Source: Cenococcum geophilum (Eukaryota). Taken from it: a stretch of DNA of 64,000 bases. Positions 1-13,181 of this stretch are shown piece by piece. The position numbers were made by a program, and so were the translations under genes. Under the pieces are notes generated by a model. The model worked only from the letters and a program-made list of their open reading frames with translations, searched no databases and was not told where the DNA came from. The number at the start of each line of letters is the position of its first letter. Position 1 is the first letter of the stretch. The stretch is taken from the NCBI GenBank assembly GCA_050273025.1, contig CP158635.1, forward strand, positions 28,520,001-28,584,000, in the 5' to 3' direction.

Positions 1-1337
1 CTATTGGCGGTTGCAGCGTCCTTTACAATCACTGGTATGATGCTACGAGCGTTGGTTTTAGGAGGTATTAGGTTAACGACTTCACAGGCGCACTGAAAAA
101 TGCTATTGGAAAGCCACGGCCTGATCTTATAGCTCGGTAGGCTACTCTACCAATAGGTACTTCAGAGCATAACTAACGACTCTTAGTTGTATACCCCCAC
201 CGGGTTCAGTGGATCCACCACCCTTTGGGCTTTCAGATCATGGTCTATGCACCCAAAAAGACAATGCTATTCTCAAAGATGGATTCCGAAGCTTCCCGTC
301 GGGTCATAGTAGTAGTCAGTTCCTACTCTGAATCCAACTAAATTTTATCATACACGATTGCTGACTCTTATACAGCTGCTTTCGGCGGCCTTTTCTACCT
401 CTCGTTGTACCTTGCTGCCAAGATGCATGTCCTCGACTCCAAAGGCGAAGTCTGGAAGACTTTCATAATTATGGTTCCCACCCTTGGTGCTGCTCTCATT
501 GCCGGCTCCCGTATTATGGATGCTCGTCATCACCCTTTCGATGTCATCTTCGGGAGTCTCCTCGGTATCCTTGTCGCATGGGGCTCATATCGACAGTACT
601 TCCCTCCCGTCACCGAGGTGTGGCGCAAAGGTCGTGCCTATCCTATCCGCAGCTGGGGCCGCGAGCCAGTTGCACCGCCTGAAGTCACTCGCGCCACCGA
701 CAGCACCGAGCGTTTGCAAGCGCCCATGCCCAAACCCGCCGACGAAGAACGAGGCGTAGCATCCAGCTACTCCTCGCCCACCGCACCGCCGAATATGGGG
801 GATGAACACAGCGGCAACGTCTTCCGGCAACAGATTTCTGCTTCACAGCGCCGAAGAGCAGAAGACCCTTACCGCGGCGGTCCGTCATCCGCTTACAGTG
901 CGCCTCAGCGTGGCCCCTCGAACGTGTCTTCAAATATCTCAACCTACACCTCCACACTCCCGGCCTCGAATCCCTTTTCAGAGCCGACCGCACACCGCGG
1001 AAGGCAAGGCGACGGCTACGACTACTCTTCGTCCGAGGACGACGAGAACTACGAGCTGCAGCGCAGCTACACGCTCTCTAACCCGCACGGCGAGGCGCAA
1101 GGCCCGTACGACCCCGTCCATGCTGCCTCCTTTGGCGGCGACACAGCATACCTTGCCCCTGTGATCTCGCCCATACCGACACCGCTGCCTGCGACTACCA
1201 GGAAGCCCATCACTGCGGTGCCGACTAGCGATCCCGCGGAGACGAGCAGGAGCCCACCGCCGCCGGAACCGCCGGCGCACGCGTCAGGGACGACGGGCGG
1301 GGCGATGGGTGCGCAGCCTACGGAGTCGCATGCGTAG
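1..1337 (+). CDS. PAP2-family lipid phosphate phosphatase (DPP1/LPP1-like), 5'-truncated by the window edge, 3 introns visible
   Basis: Spliced translation gives the three PAP2 motifs KNAIGKPRP, FRSFPSGHSS and SRIMDARHHPFD. GT-AG introns at about 35-87, 137-186 and 315-375. Low-complexity C-terminal tail, stop at 1337. Confidence 0.9.
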
Positions 1338-2116
1338 GGAGAGTCAGGTGACTAGTGACTACAATCATTTAATGTATGTCTCTAGTTGAATTACGGCTTT
1401 CTGCGCATTCGTTTACTGTGTTTACTACTTTGATGCTTCTGTGGTTTTTTTCTTTGGGCTGGTCCAGGCAGAAATCGAAGGACGAGTAGCCTAGTGTTGA
1501 GAGCAGCTAAAATGATGAGGCTAGAGGATGATGATGAATGTGGAGGAGGACTAGCAAGGCTTTGAGACTTTGGAAGATTACAGGACCAGACGGCCACAGC
1601 CAGTGGTACCTTGGAATCACTTGACAGACAAACAATGAAAAAATGTTCACAATACCAGAATTGGTCCAGTATTTTTTGAGTCGTTGAGGTTATTGACTGC
1701 CTAGCCCATCTGAGGACATTATAACTTTAATTCCACCACCTATCTTTATCCCTTTGAACGCATACCCATTTCTCACATTCAATTTCAAATCATCTCATTG
1801 TGCTCGGTGTATTCGATGTCCGAGAAGGCCGCTAGCTAATTGACTCACCTCTGCAGGATGCGCCAGTCCTCTTCAGGAAACGCATGATATCAACGAGAAG
1901 GGTGATTAGGAAGGTATAAGTTCAGGATGAAGCTGGATCCATGGAGTTTGAATCCCCACATTCCGAATTGGGAGCTCCACAATCCCGATTTGAAAGAAGC
2001 ATTACCAGTTAAAAAGACTGAGAGAATTAAAACAGAAACCTACCTGACTTACCACATCTAGCAATACTTCATTCTCCTCTCTTATCTTTACTAGAACCGC
2101 TCCTTATTTCAAGGAA

Positions 2117-2860
2117 ATGAAGATCCTGGGTCTCTTCGGCGGCTCCACAAACGGCAACACAGCTGCTCCTCAAGCTTGCTCTCGAAGCCGTCAAAGCCGC
2201 CGCCGCCCCGCCGGACCCGACGATCAGCCTCGTCCGCATCCCTAACGTATCAGTCCCAAAGCACTCTCTCAACGCGAGCCACGTCCTCCCCAAAGACAAA
2301 GACGCCTTCAACGCCCCAGCCCATGACGCCCCCATCATCGACGACCGCCCCTTCGTCCTCGACCTATCCTCGACGCCGGCGCCATCATCCTCTGCTGCCC
2401 CATCTACACGCGCGTCATCCCGGGCTCCGTGAAGCTGTTCCAGGACAAGACGTTCGGGCCGTTCGTCGACTGCGTGATGGCGCGGCATCGGAAAGAGGGC
2501 GTGGCGGCGCGGTTCGAGAAGAAGCGCGTTGCGGGACTGATGGCGGTCGGCGGGGCATGGGCAGCGAGTGGGCGAGCTTCGGGCTGCCGGCTATGCATCA
2601 GATGTTCTTTCCGCTGGGTGTGAAGGTCGCGGATCAGTTTCGTGTGTATGGTGCGGGCTGACGGGGTCGGCGTTGCCGAAGGAGGCGGTGGAGCAGGCGA
2701 GGCGGCTGGGAAGGGATGTGGTTGAGCAGGCTCTGAGGGAGAAGCAGTTTGTGGGGGAGCATGACGGGACGTGTCTGCTTTGTCATTTGGATGTTATCGT
2801 GTTGACAGGTGGAAGTCGATTGCGCAACGTGTGAGGCGAAGGGTAGGTTAGAGATCATAG
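2117..2860 (+). pseudogene. Frameshifted flavodoxin-fold NADPH-dependent FMN reductase-like gene
   Basis: MKILGLFGGSTNGNT, then frameshifted LLLKLALEA, DDRPFVLD, APIYTRVIPGSVKLFQDKTFGP, GMGSEWASFGLPAMHQ and GTCLLCHLD, spread over several frames. No introns explain the shifts. End is approximate. Confidence 0.7.
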
Positions 2861-3340
2861 ATGGAGAGGTTAAGGTCGTGTTTGATTACTAGGGGAGGAA
2901 GATTTCGGTGCTGACGGAAGAGGGTAAGAAGGCTCATTTCGGGGGGATTCAGACTGTGGGTGAACAGTTAAAGCCACGGATGGAGAGGTGAAGGAGGGAG
3001 AAATTGTGGCTAACGAAACTGCCGAGTCAATTGAAGGCCTGGAACGGGCGCTAGCGAGAGCCGTTGACGCATCACATGCATACGTACGTGCGACCGCCGA
3101 CAGGGGACCTGTCAACTGTCAACCATCAACGCACTCTTGGCCGTCAACCGCATAACTGCTTGTTAAGAATCTCCTACCTCCTCCATAATACCTTGAATTC
3201 GCTCCAATCGTGCTAGTACAAACACAACATGACTTAAAGTCTTCAACCACAGCTTCCTCGGAATTCGCGCAGCCATGCTGCCTCCCCTGTACGATCCTCT
3301 ATGTACTCGTCCGAGGTAACAATACCTCCAGCCATAAATC

Positions 3341-6300
3341 ATGTCTGGTCCCTCCAGTGAACCTCGAACCTCCCTCTCCTCCGAGACTTCTGTGGTCTCT
3401 TCAAATACCCTTAATTCGAGATACTCTAGTCTTTATGCCAGCAATGGAGAGGGCAGCTATACTCCCCTCCATTCAAGCCCTACACGAGTTGGTAGTAGCA
3501 GTCGCGCTGATGGTAGTATACGCCATGGAGGCAACCAAGCTTCTTCATCGGCACAATCGTCTAGTCCTCTAGGGAGGGAGTCAGTAGAAGAGCAGGATTT
3601 TGTGCATAGGAGGCATCGCAGTAGGAAGTCTGGAGGGTTCTTACTGGATTCCGCATTTCCTCCAGCAACAGGCATGAGAACGCCTCCAAATCACATTCCA
3701 CAAGAAGATGTAGATAACAAAGGCAAGCGGAAGGCGCACGGTGCTTCGCGGTCACTAGATGCAGGGACGGTTGGGAAACTGAGACGGGACAAAGCTGGGT
3801 CTTCAGGGAGTTCCCCACTTTCACGGGAAGTCGAAAGCGCAAGTTATGATGCTGGAGAATCCACGCCGGAGGGACGTGCTCAGGGAACCTATACTGCGCA
3901 GTCTGAGGGTCATCATGTTCCAAAATCGAGCAAACCTGACGGAGGATCCTCCACAGAGCATGCGAAAGTAGTCAAGCCGAGCTCTGCGACTGACCAAAAA
4001 TTTTCTAGAGGAGCGATAGACCCCAGTCAAATAGTCCATATGGCCTTGAATCTCAGTGAGAGTCGGCGGAGAAACATCAGCGCTGGACAACTCCTTGCAC
4101 AGCCAGTTACCAGCCCTAGGCGAGTAACCTCCGTTGGTCCTCCATCCGGAAGTCACCAAAATTATGGCGCTGGAGGCAGTCTTCGACAGCACCTACAACA
4201 GCAAAGGCGAATTTTCAGGAATGCATCACCAGGTACAGGCAGAAGCTCCCCGTCCGCTTCGAGACACGCTTCTACCTCTACCCCAAGGAACATATCAGGG
4301 CCTACCTCGGCTTTACAAGGGCATACGTACGGATACACGTTCTCTGATGCAACACTAGCGAGGCGTGATAAGGCTCGGGCTTATATAGAGCTCTCCATGG
4401 AGTATCTCCGCCTACTACAGTTCCTCCCTCCACTAAAGCCAGATGCATCTGCACCTGGAAATTTCATCGTCTCAACCTCCAACATCCCGGGCACATCAAA
4501 TGCACAGTTGTCTCGTACGCTGTCTTACGCTAACCATAGATATGAGCTCGGTAGAAACTACAATCCATTGCAATTTATCCGCAACCGTCGAACAAGGGCG
4601 CGGAATAGAGAAGTTCTGGAATACGACACAGAAGAGTTTCAAGATGTAGGGAAGGTGAAAAATTGGGTCGATACGGTAGAAAAGAATGCTCGCCAACCTG
4701 ACTACCGTCAACAAGACTTGGCGATGTTGCCGAGCTTCGGCGAAGAGAACACTGCAAAGGAGCCTGCCCCCAGCAAACCAGCAAGGCCCAGAATGGTCTG
4801 GGCCTTTTCTCCTGCGGAGCTCCTCGCAGATGCATATTGGCTGGAGCATGATGATCACAAAAGTGTGATTGAGGATCGCCGTGGAAATAAGATATTCCCT
4901 CCCAAGAAGCAGGTTGATCTTCAGCCACGCTCTAGCAAAGAGTACTCAGATAAACGAAGGAAGAGTTGGATTGAACCTATCATTTCCGCAACTTCATCAG
5001 ATCCTCAAACTGGGGACGAAAGTGAAGGTGTCAGCGAACGTGGGCGAAAAAGGCGTCTCTTGATACCCAAGCTTCGTGGAGACAGCATTGGGCGGGTCAA
5101 AAGACATGGCTGGCGTGGGTCGGGAACACACTCCAGAAGCGACGCAGACACGTCAGATTCTGAAGACCATTCTACTAGCCGAAGATCGAGAAAATCAAAA
5201 CGGATCACGTCGAACGAGGATAATACAGGCCCGCTGGAACGGCAGATGAAGGAAATGCTCGAAAAGGAAGCAAAAGACGCCGACATGACCTCACCAAGTG
5301 TAGGTTCACCTGATAAATGGGGAGATGGCCATCCTCTTTTGGCTAATGATATGGTCGCTCCTGGTCATGTTGAAGAAACGAATGAACTTGACCAGAAGAC
5401 GAATGAACTTGGACACAATGAGGCAATATCCAGTCTATCAAAGCGGCATACCGACACCGTTCTTTCTCCTGACTCAATAAGGGACCCTCGTTCTTCTTTT
5501 GAAGATCTAGACTCTACTGGGCCCAACACTCCCGTTATAACTAAGTTTGTCCCAGGCATCGGTGTTGATCTATCACCTCCGCATAGCCGCAGGCCCTCGG
5601 TAACACGCAAGCCCAAGAAGTCAAAACTTGATATATTCCGCTCGGAGGGGAGTGTACGAGGCCACAGCAGCGAACCACACGAATCTGCTACAGATGAGCA
5701 TAAACACAAAAGTTCTCGACATGCTAGTGGCGACGGTGCAGAAGCGAATGGGGCGCAGACTAAATCGACCGCCGTCAAACATCTCCTTACTCACAAAAAA
5801 AATAATAGTGTCGGTAGTCTAGTTGGTAGCTCAGAGGGAAGAACCCGTAAAGATACTAAGGATACGAAGGATTCTGGATCTGCAGTGTCCCGTTTCTTCA
5901 AAGGTAGCCGCTTCGGCGAGATTGTGCGGAATGAGGGTTCGCGAGTTGGGGAGTTCATCTTCAGACGAGAACCAGCGACTGAAGATTCAGAAACCTCCTC
6001 AGTATCTAGCCAGCAATATCTGGATGACTCTGAAAGTGATGATGGAAACGAAATGTCCAATGACAAACTTCGCCTAAACGCCATCACCCGCACGGCGACT
6101 TCTACCACAGCCGGTAGTGCAAAGTCCAAGAAATTCGGTCGTTACCATATGGACCTACCATCTTTCCGCTCTTCAGCCGTCTCCCAGTCCACCAGCTCGT
6201 CTCAAAACCAGCCTGATGCCATCGACCCCACCAATGTCACTGACTCTCAGATTCTAGACCATCATATCTACCGCCAGGCACTCGCCCGCCAGAACGCCCG

Positions 6301-7195
6301 CTCCCCACGCTTCTCTCGCCTCGCACCGCCTCGCATAGATTTAACTTCCCTTTCAAACTCAGCCAGATCCTCCCGGCACCACTCTCCCTCCACAACCCGC
6401 GCCCATCTCCACGCGATTCTCGAACGCCCCGGCACAGTCGGCCGCGGCAACCTCCCCATCACATCTCTCGCCAAAGCCAACATGTCGCCCTCCCCCCACC
6501 GCTCTGCCTCCCGACCCAAGCTAGACGGAAAGCGCCACTGGAGCATCACCGACAGGACCTCTCCCTCCCGGCCCGCCACCTCCTCGGCCACCGCCATCAC
6601 GAAAGCAGACATCGCACGCATCCGCGCCCTGCTCCTCTGCTCGGGCATCAAAGCGCGCGAAATCGACCGGCGCGCCCACGCGACGCGCAACCCGCCCCCG
6701 GCCTTCCTCAGGCGCGCCGCCAGGACCGCCGGCGCGAAGCTGTATCCCGTCAGCAAGAAAGAAGAGCACGTGCTCGCGGCCCGCATCCTGGTCAGCGATC
6801 TCGAGCGCTCGGCCGAGCAGCTCCAGGACGCGGCGGAGCGGTTCCGCAGCCAGACGTGCGGCGCGCTGGAGTCTCGCATCGGCGTGCTGAGGGTCAAGGT
6901 CGAGGACGAGCTGTTCCCCCGCGTGCGCGAGAGCGGGGATAAGGCGCTTGCGATTGCGAGCGAGGTTGCGGGCACGGCGCCCTTGCTTGTGAAGGGGGTT
7001 GCCGATAAGGTTGATGCGATGATGCGGATGCGGAGGCGGCGGATGAGGTGGGTAAGGCGGATTGGGTGGATGTTAGTCGAGTGGGTCTTGCTCGCGGTTA
7101 TGTGGTGGGTTTGGTTTGTGGTAGTGCTAGTGAGATTGGCTAGGGGGGTTGTGGTTGGATTGATCAGAGGTATAAGGTGGTTTTTGTGGGTGTGA
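3341..7195 (+). CDS. MTC4: Mtc4-like (maintenance of telomere capping) protein with C-terminal TM segment
   Basis: 1284-aa intronless ORF. GRNYNPLQFIRNRR motif recalled from Mtc4-family proteins, Ser-rich low complexity, hydrophobic C-terminus. Confidence 0.65.
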   Translation: MSGPSSEPRTSLSSETSVVSSNTLNSRYSSLYASNGEGSYTPLHSSPTRVGSSSRADGSIRHGGNQASSSAQSSSPLGRESVEEQDFVHRRHRSRKSGGFLLDSAFPPATGMRTPPNHIPQEDVDNKGKRKAHGASRSLDAGTVGKLRRDKAGSSGSSPLSREVESASYDAGESTPEGRAQGTYTAQSEGHHVPKSSKPDGGSSTEHAKVVKPSSATDQKFSRGAIDPSQIVHMALNLSESRRRNISAGQLLAQPVTSPRRVTSVGPPSGSHQNYGAGGSLRQHLQQQRRIFRNASPGTGRSSPSASRHASTSTPRNISGPTSALQGHTYGYTFSDATLARRDKARAYIELSMEYLRLLQFLPPLKPDASAPGNFIVSTSNIPGTSNAQLSRTLSYANHRYELGRNYNPLQFIRNRRTRARNREVLEYDTEEFQDVGKVKNWVDTVEKNARQPDYRQQDLAMLPSFGEENTAKEPAPSKPARPRMVWAFSPAELLADAYWLEHDDHKSVIEDRRGNKIFPPKKQVDLQPRSSKEYSDKRRKSWIEPIISATSSDPQTGDESEGVSERGRKRRLLIPKLRGDSIGRVKRHGWRGSGTHSRSDADTSDSEDHSTSRRSRKSKRITSNEDNTGPLERQMKEMLEKEAKDADMTSPSVGSPDKWGDGHPLLANDMVAPGHVEETNELDQKTNELGHNEAISSLSKRHTDTVLSPDSIRDPRSSFEDLDSTGPNTPVITKFVPGIGVDLSPPHSRRPSVTRKPKKSKLDIFRSEGSVRGHSSEPHESATDEHKHKSSRHASGDGAEANGAQTKSTAVKHLLTHKKNNSVGSLVGSSEGRTRKDTKDTKDSGSAVSRFFKGSRFGEIVRNEGSRVGEFIFRREPATEDSETSSVSSQQYLDDSESDDGNEMSNDKLRLNAITRTATSTTAGSAKSKKFGRYHMDLPSFRSSAVSQSTSSSQNQPDAIDPTNVTDSQILDHHIYRQALARQNARSPRFSRLAPPRIDLTSLSNSARSSRHHSPSTTRAHLHAILERPGTVGRGNLPITSLAKANMSPSPHRSASRPKLDGKRHWSITDRTSPSRPATSSATAITKADIARIRALLLCSGIKAREIDRRAHATRNPPPAFLRRAARTAGAKLYPVSKKEEHVLAARILVSDLERSAEQLQDAAERFRSQTCGALESRIGVLRVKVEDELFPRVRESGDKALAIASEVAGTAPLLVKGVADKVDAMMRMRRRRMRWVRRIGWMLVEWVLLAVMWWVWFVVVLVRLARGVVVGLIRGIRWFLWV

Positions 7196-7503
7196 ATGGA
7201 TCCGGGTAGATGGGTAAAGAGTGGATAGGGGTTTAGAGTCTGATTTAGACATTACTTTCGTTGCACATTTTGATGCTTTTATTTGGGCTAGCGTGGCGCT
7301 TCGTGGAATGGCATGTTGGCTTTTAGGCCATCTACTCAGCGGCTTCTCAGGGTCGTGGGATGGGAAATCTATCGAATAGTAATAGGTATTTCAGGTTTGT
7401 GGCATAGGGATTCTCAGATCAGCATATTAAGGAACTGTAGGGTATCTTGTAGGACTAAAACCAGACTTTTTGACACCCTTTTAATGATAGGTGGAGAGGC
7501 ATC

Positions 7504-10448
7504 CTAGCGTATAACAATTTCAATTGCAACCTCGTTGCTCCAGCTAGCCTTTGAATCCGATTCCTTCCAAGCGCGCACCACATCAATCTCAAGCACGTTT
7601 GGCGGTTGGTCGTTTATCTTGACACAGTGTAGTGGGATGGGTCGTCCGAAGAGCAGTGCCATGAAATCATCTTTTAAGGAACGATCTGATAGATCTGAAA
7701 CGTAAAGGCCTGAATACCACAGATTAAGCATATAATTCAGCATTGGCAAGAAAATGGAAAGAAGGAAGAACGGAGGCTTGAGCTCACCATAGATTCCAAG
7801 TGCCTTCAGCGATGTCCAAACTCTCAGTCTACCCGAAGATTTTTCGATATACATATCCATGTTCACTATGGCAGCGGCGCCGGTCATTTTGCCCAACAGA
7901 CCCAAGTTCGAAACACTGACGGAAGCGGGACCTGCGGCAGGTTCTTTGCGCTCAAGCTCGAACGTACGCATCGGGTACGCAGACAGGATCTCCCACCCTT
8001 GGATTGGTATTTCCACCTGCACAAAAGAGAAGTGGTCGTTCCGATTCACAGGCTCGCTAACCTGGCCAGTGTTGTGGCTGCGAATAATATAAGTGCCTTC
8101 TTCCGTGCCAGGAAATTGGTCAAGCCGGATCATTTCTGTGAGACTGCGCTGGGAGACGTTGAAGATGCCTAGGATACCGGTCCCGGTACGTGCCATGCCG
8201 ACATACGTACCGATTTTCAGCAAGACGTGCTCATCATACCCAGTGTATGCTTCAATGGTCTTACCGACAGTATGGGGGCGTAAGATCACGGTGTCTCCGC
8301 GTGCGGTCTTAGCCGTCATCTGGTGGATGAGCTCAACATTGTGCTTTCCCGGAACATCGGTAATGTATATAGGGCCGCCGGAAACACAGCGCGCAGCGGC
8401 ATGGAAAGAAGCCCATGGATGTGACGTCTGGAACATGTCCCAGTCTGGTAGCACGTTAAGGTGCTGCGTAAAGAGGGAGTTATAAGCGTTGCAGAATATG
8501 TGCCAAGGATGCGAGGCAGGAACTTCGGGGAAGAAGTCGTCAGAGTTGCGGACAAGAAGGCGAGGCTTGTTACTCGGCATTTGGGAATGGAAGAGGATTT
8601 GTGGGATCTGAGACATGCAAGATATGGCTTTTGCTGAGAAATAGCGGAGGCTGTTGATAATCCAAGCGTCTTGGTAGGTACGGATGAAGTTTCTTCTATC
8701 AGTTGCATTTTCAAGCTCGTCGAGGAAGAATTGAGCATCCGTCTTAACGGAGTCAATGCCTGCGGAGCTCAAGAAGCTGTAGAAGTCTTGGTAGAATCGT
8801 GGCACGTCTTCTTTGGCAACTGCAAGCATTTTACCTCCAGAAACACCATCTTTCTTCTGAACAGACACCGTTTTATAGTTTTTGGCGAGCTTGCCTTCGG
8901 GGGCAATTCCTCCCCAGTACCCTAACTGGCTGATCTTAGCACCTGTGGAGATACATATGTGTGTTACTTACCAGAGCATGCCACACGGCAATGTGAGAAA
9001 TATTCTTGTGCTTCTTGCGGATCTCCGATACTGTCTGCTGTAGACCCCCAGGAAAGCCTTCCTTATTTGCTTCGAATTCAATCCAGCCTCGCTGAAATTG
9101 ATTAGCACCTTCATTGTTCTGTAGACTATAAGCAAATATTCGAATATGGTCAGTCTATGATAGGGCTTTTACTAAGGACTGCCAGTTATCATCTATGATG
9201 AGATTTGTAACTGGTTCTATTAGCATGGGATTTTGTTTGCGGATTTTGGATTTTACCATTGATTTCATTATTTTCAAGCGAGTCCAGTGCATCAAATATT
9301 TTCTGCTCAGTGAGATGCTGACCCAGGCCATTCCACGTACAATATGCTAGGCCGTCATACCAATTCTCTAACCATGCAGGTTTCATTCCATTGTCAGACA
9401 TAGCTTTCATCTCAGCCTCGATCTCCCCAGAACCTACTTCATATTTTGTGACCAATTTCCGAGCATGGTACATGACTGCCGCATTAGCTACCTCAAAAGT
9501 CTGTGCAACTGCAACAATCAATTTAGCAGTGCCTTCTTTCTCACTATCATTGCGTGAATTAATGACAATGGCCCCTTGTCCGTCGTGATGAAGAGCGGTC
9601 AGCACATCATCAACACCACTAACGGCAAGCACAACCATATGAGAGCCATCATCCCGTAGGAATGCCGCCATCACAGCATCCTTGTCTGGCCGAAATTGGC
9701 CTTTCCCTTGCCGCGGAGCTAACCATGGGCTCCACAATCGCACTAAGGAGAACCACCTTGAAACTGCAATGGGAGTGCCGAGTTTACTATCAGAGTAACC
9801 GGATACAGCACCAGATGCAGCATTAACTGGAGTATTGACAGACCATAAAAGCGTATTCGGCGTCTCACTAGCCTCTTTATTAATTTCGAGATAAGGGCCG
9901 AGGCCGTCTACGTAGTCAGTCAGGTCTTGATCTTGTAAAGCTAGTGCTTGATAGAGTAGTTGGCCATCGGAGGTGGAAAAGTGATCATTGGCCCATTTCC
10001 AGGGTTCGTCTTCCCCTGCTCGAAATGTTATAGTAAAAGACACTGGTGTTTTCGGTCTCGACTGTCCGTGGAGATCCACTGTGAACCATTGTTGCTGTAA
10101 GCTCTCATTTTGACCACAATGAAGGGTTAGCTTTGAGGCTGGTCAGTACTAAGTGGAGTTGCCGAAACAATTCTGGCTTCTCATACCACAGTTGCAGGCT
10201 TATTAATTTCTTTTAAAGCAAGACTTTCCCATTTATTTGGATCATTGTGATTATGCCACAGAGCTACATTCAACGTTTTTTCTGGCGAAGCAGAACTTTC
10301 AATCAGAACTGTGAATTTGACCTGAGTTATGTCAATCAATGTAGTCTCAGGACGCAGAACTGCTTTTGAAAAGACTCACAGATTGACTGTGAGGTGTTAC
10401 AATGGTTGCTTGCCCAAGCGGAGGATTGCAAATGAGCTTAGCATACAT
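7504..10448 (-). CDS. Raffinose synthase/Sip1-like GH36 alpha-galactosidase, multi-exon
   Basis: Motifs YCTWNGLG, IIDDNWQS, VAVWHAL/GYWGG, GIDSVKTDAQ, RNSDDFFP, PDWDMFQT and AARCVSGGPIYITD. ATG at 10448 (MYAKLICNPPLG). Several GT-AG introns. Confidence 0.92.
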
Positions 10449-10809
10449 GTTTTAGATGATATAAGGCAGAGGCACAGCGGTTTTGAAGAAGGCAAGCAAA
10501 AGCGAGTTAATGTCTGAGATAATAGACGCTCAACTGCGAGAAACGGAACGGTATGGTGAGGCACGGGCTATGGAAATACAGTTCCTGAATTTGATGTACG
10601 ACTTATCTTGGGCCTCGCAGTACAAAGACGAGACTATCTGGTATTTTCAAAGGTGCTAGATATGAGTTTGACATATTGACAGCGAAAAGTGGAGGACCCT
10701 CGCCAAGCCGATGTCCACGAGACCCTTGCTTCTCGGAAACAAGTCGGGCCGTCAAACTTCTGCGGACCGCATCACGGAGATCTTTGGATGTAGAGGAAAG
10801 GTATTGCCA

Positions 10810-12846
10810 ATGGCGGCGACATCTTTCTTCAAGTACCTAGCACGACCTCAGCCGTACATATGCAAGCGATGCATTCGAAATCGCAATATTGCCCGAGAAT
10901 CACGGCGGGCTATAACCCAAAATTTCCTCCGTAAAACGTACGATGCCGAATTAGAATGGAAAGCTCAGGCAGTCAAGATTAAGGCGGGCAAGAAACAAAA
11001 TATGATGAGCATATTGGAAGAGCGAGGGTTTGTAAAGGATATCGCCGGGTATGTGAGCTTGAGCCTTAATTCAGACAATGCTGAAAAATACTGAGAACCT
11101 GTCCAGGGAAAAAGATGCTCTTAGTTCTCTCATGACCGAGAAACGGATAGGGGCATATGTTGGCATAGACCCAACAGCTCCTTCTTTGCACATGGGGCAC
11201 CTCCTTCCATTGATGACGCTCTTCTGGATGTATATGAACGGTTTTCACGCCGTCACTTTAGTGAGTGCATCAGCGAAGTCCCCGTCTTAACAAAAAGACT
11301 AATTTTCGATAGCTAGGCGGAGCGACGGCCAAAATCGGAGACCCAACAGGCAGAACCACTGCTCGAGAGCAAAAACACTCCGATGTTCACAAAGCAAATG
11401 TGATATCCATGCATTTACAGCTCAAGCAACTATGGGTGAACGTCGGGTGCCTAGCAATCAAATATGGATATAGGAGGAACTGGTCGTGGAAACGGGGTTT
11501 GCTGAACAACAATTCCTGGATTAATAAGCTCACTATGATGGATTTGATGAAAGTATTGGGCTCAGGGACTCGCGTTGGAACAATGCTCAATAGAGACTCG
11601 TGAGCTCTCCCACTTCTGGCGGGGCAGAGTTAGGACCTTCTCACTGACGGCATTATAGGGTGAAAACAAGACTTGAAAGTGGGAATGGGATGTCTTTCTC
11701 AGAATTCTGTTACCCCCTCTTACAAGCTTGGGATTGGTGGCACATGTATAATACTATAGGAGTACAAGTACAAATTGGGGGATCCGACCAATTTGGTAAC
11801 ATCTGTGCCGGGATGGACGCGATAAATTATATCAGAAAAACATACCACGACCCAAGCATCCGACAGGAAAAAGAAGAGCCATTGATGGCTCCATACGGGT
11901 TCACTACTCCACTTCTCACCACTTCGTCTGGAGCAAAGTTTGGAAAGAGCGCAGGTAACGCAATCTGGTTAGATCCAGAAATGCTAAGTTCTTTCGATTT
12001 ATATCAGGTATGCCTGTGGGAGATGGGTTCTAATGTTTCGATTGACTAACAGTGCATGTTCAGTTCTTCCTGCGAAGTTCGGATTCAGACGTTGAGCGCT
12101 ATCTAAAACTCTTCACTTTCCTTCCGCTAGAGCATATTGAGCTTGTTATGCAAAGCCACATTCAAGACCCTTCAAAACGAGCCGCACAACACCTCCTAGC
12201 TCGTGAATTCGTCGAACTTGCTCATGGAGCCCAAGCCGCAAAGAATGCCGAAATGCAGCACAAGAAAATGTTTAGTCGAGGAACAGGTACTATTCAGCTA
12301 TCCGCTATCAAAGAGGAGCTTCCCAAGAAGCAGATAGAAGGTGGGCCTGCTACGAAGGAAGGGACGAACGCCAAAAGCCCTCAAGAATCTTACATGAGCC
12401 CTTCTTTGAATAGAAAAGCACCAGCAATCAGCTCTCATAATGCCCCCTCAAAGCACATAGTCCTCCCTAAATCTCTCGTCTTCGGGCAGGCATTCCCTAA
12501 AATTTTACACGCGGCTGGGCTAGCATCTTCTAAAGGCGAGGGTCATAAACTAGTTATGAATCAAGGTGCATATGTGGCAAGCGACCCTGGCCGGGCTAGT
12601 ACAATGGGAGATGCGTTGACATGGCTACCAATTAAGAATTTTGACCCAGAATTGCCGAAGCAGTTTCTCATAGAGGAAAATCTTTTGGTTTTAAGGGTGG
12701 GGAAGTGGAATATTAGGATGTGCCGCATTATCAATGATGAGGAGTTCGAAACACAAGGCCACTCGTGTCCCGGGTGGGAAGAGTTTAAGGCGGCGCAGGC
12801 GAAAGCAAAAGCTGTAGAACAGGAATTCAAGGAAGCAGCAGCTTGA
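10810..12846 (+). CDS. MSY1: Mitochondrial tyrosyl-tRNA synthetase
   Basis: [15 protein letters not shown] (HIGH-like), [11 protein letters not shown] and KFGKS (KMSKS-like) motifs, S4-like C-terminus, basic N-terminal presequence, 4 introns. Confidence 0.95.
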
Positions 12847-13031
12847 TGCCTATGTAGAAAGACTTGTAAAATATCATGTATTCCAAAATACATCAAGGTG
12901 AGTTCTGTATAAGTAGAAGAACGATCCAGCATGTCACTTCCAATCTAATCGCCTGAGTCACATCTCGCTTGCTGGCAAAGCCTTGGAGCATGTGATAGTC
13001 GATGTCAGTTAAAGCAACCTCAGAAGTCTTC

Positions 13032-13153
13032 CTTTCTCTACTCAACAACAAAAATTTGCACTTTGAGTCATTGTCACCTCTAATATCGACTGTCTTTCTC
13101 TACTCAATAACAGACATTTGCACTTTGAGTCATCGTCACCTCTAATATCGGCT
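13032..13153 (+). repeat. Direct tandem duplication, 62-bp period, 2 copies
   Basis: CTTTCTCTACTCAAYAACARAMATTTGCACTTTGAGTCATYGTCACCTCTAATATCGRCT starts at 13032 and at 13094. Confidence 0.9.
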
Positions 13154-13181
13154 CTTTACTACTTTACGACCTTCACTAGAA

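Noticed and set aside
6268..6975. Long antisense ORFs within GC-rich genes (also about 50373-51271 and 57027-58010)
   Set aside because: Shadow ORFs caused by high GC3.
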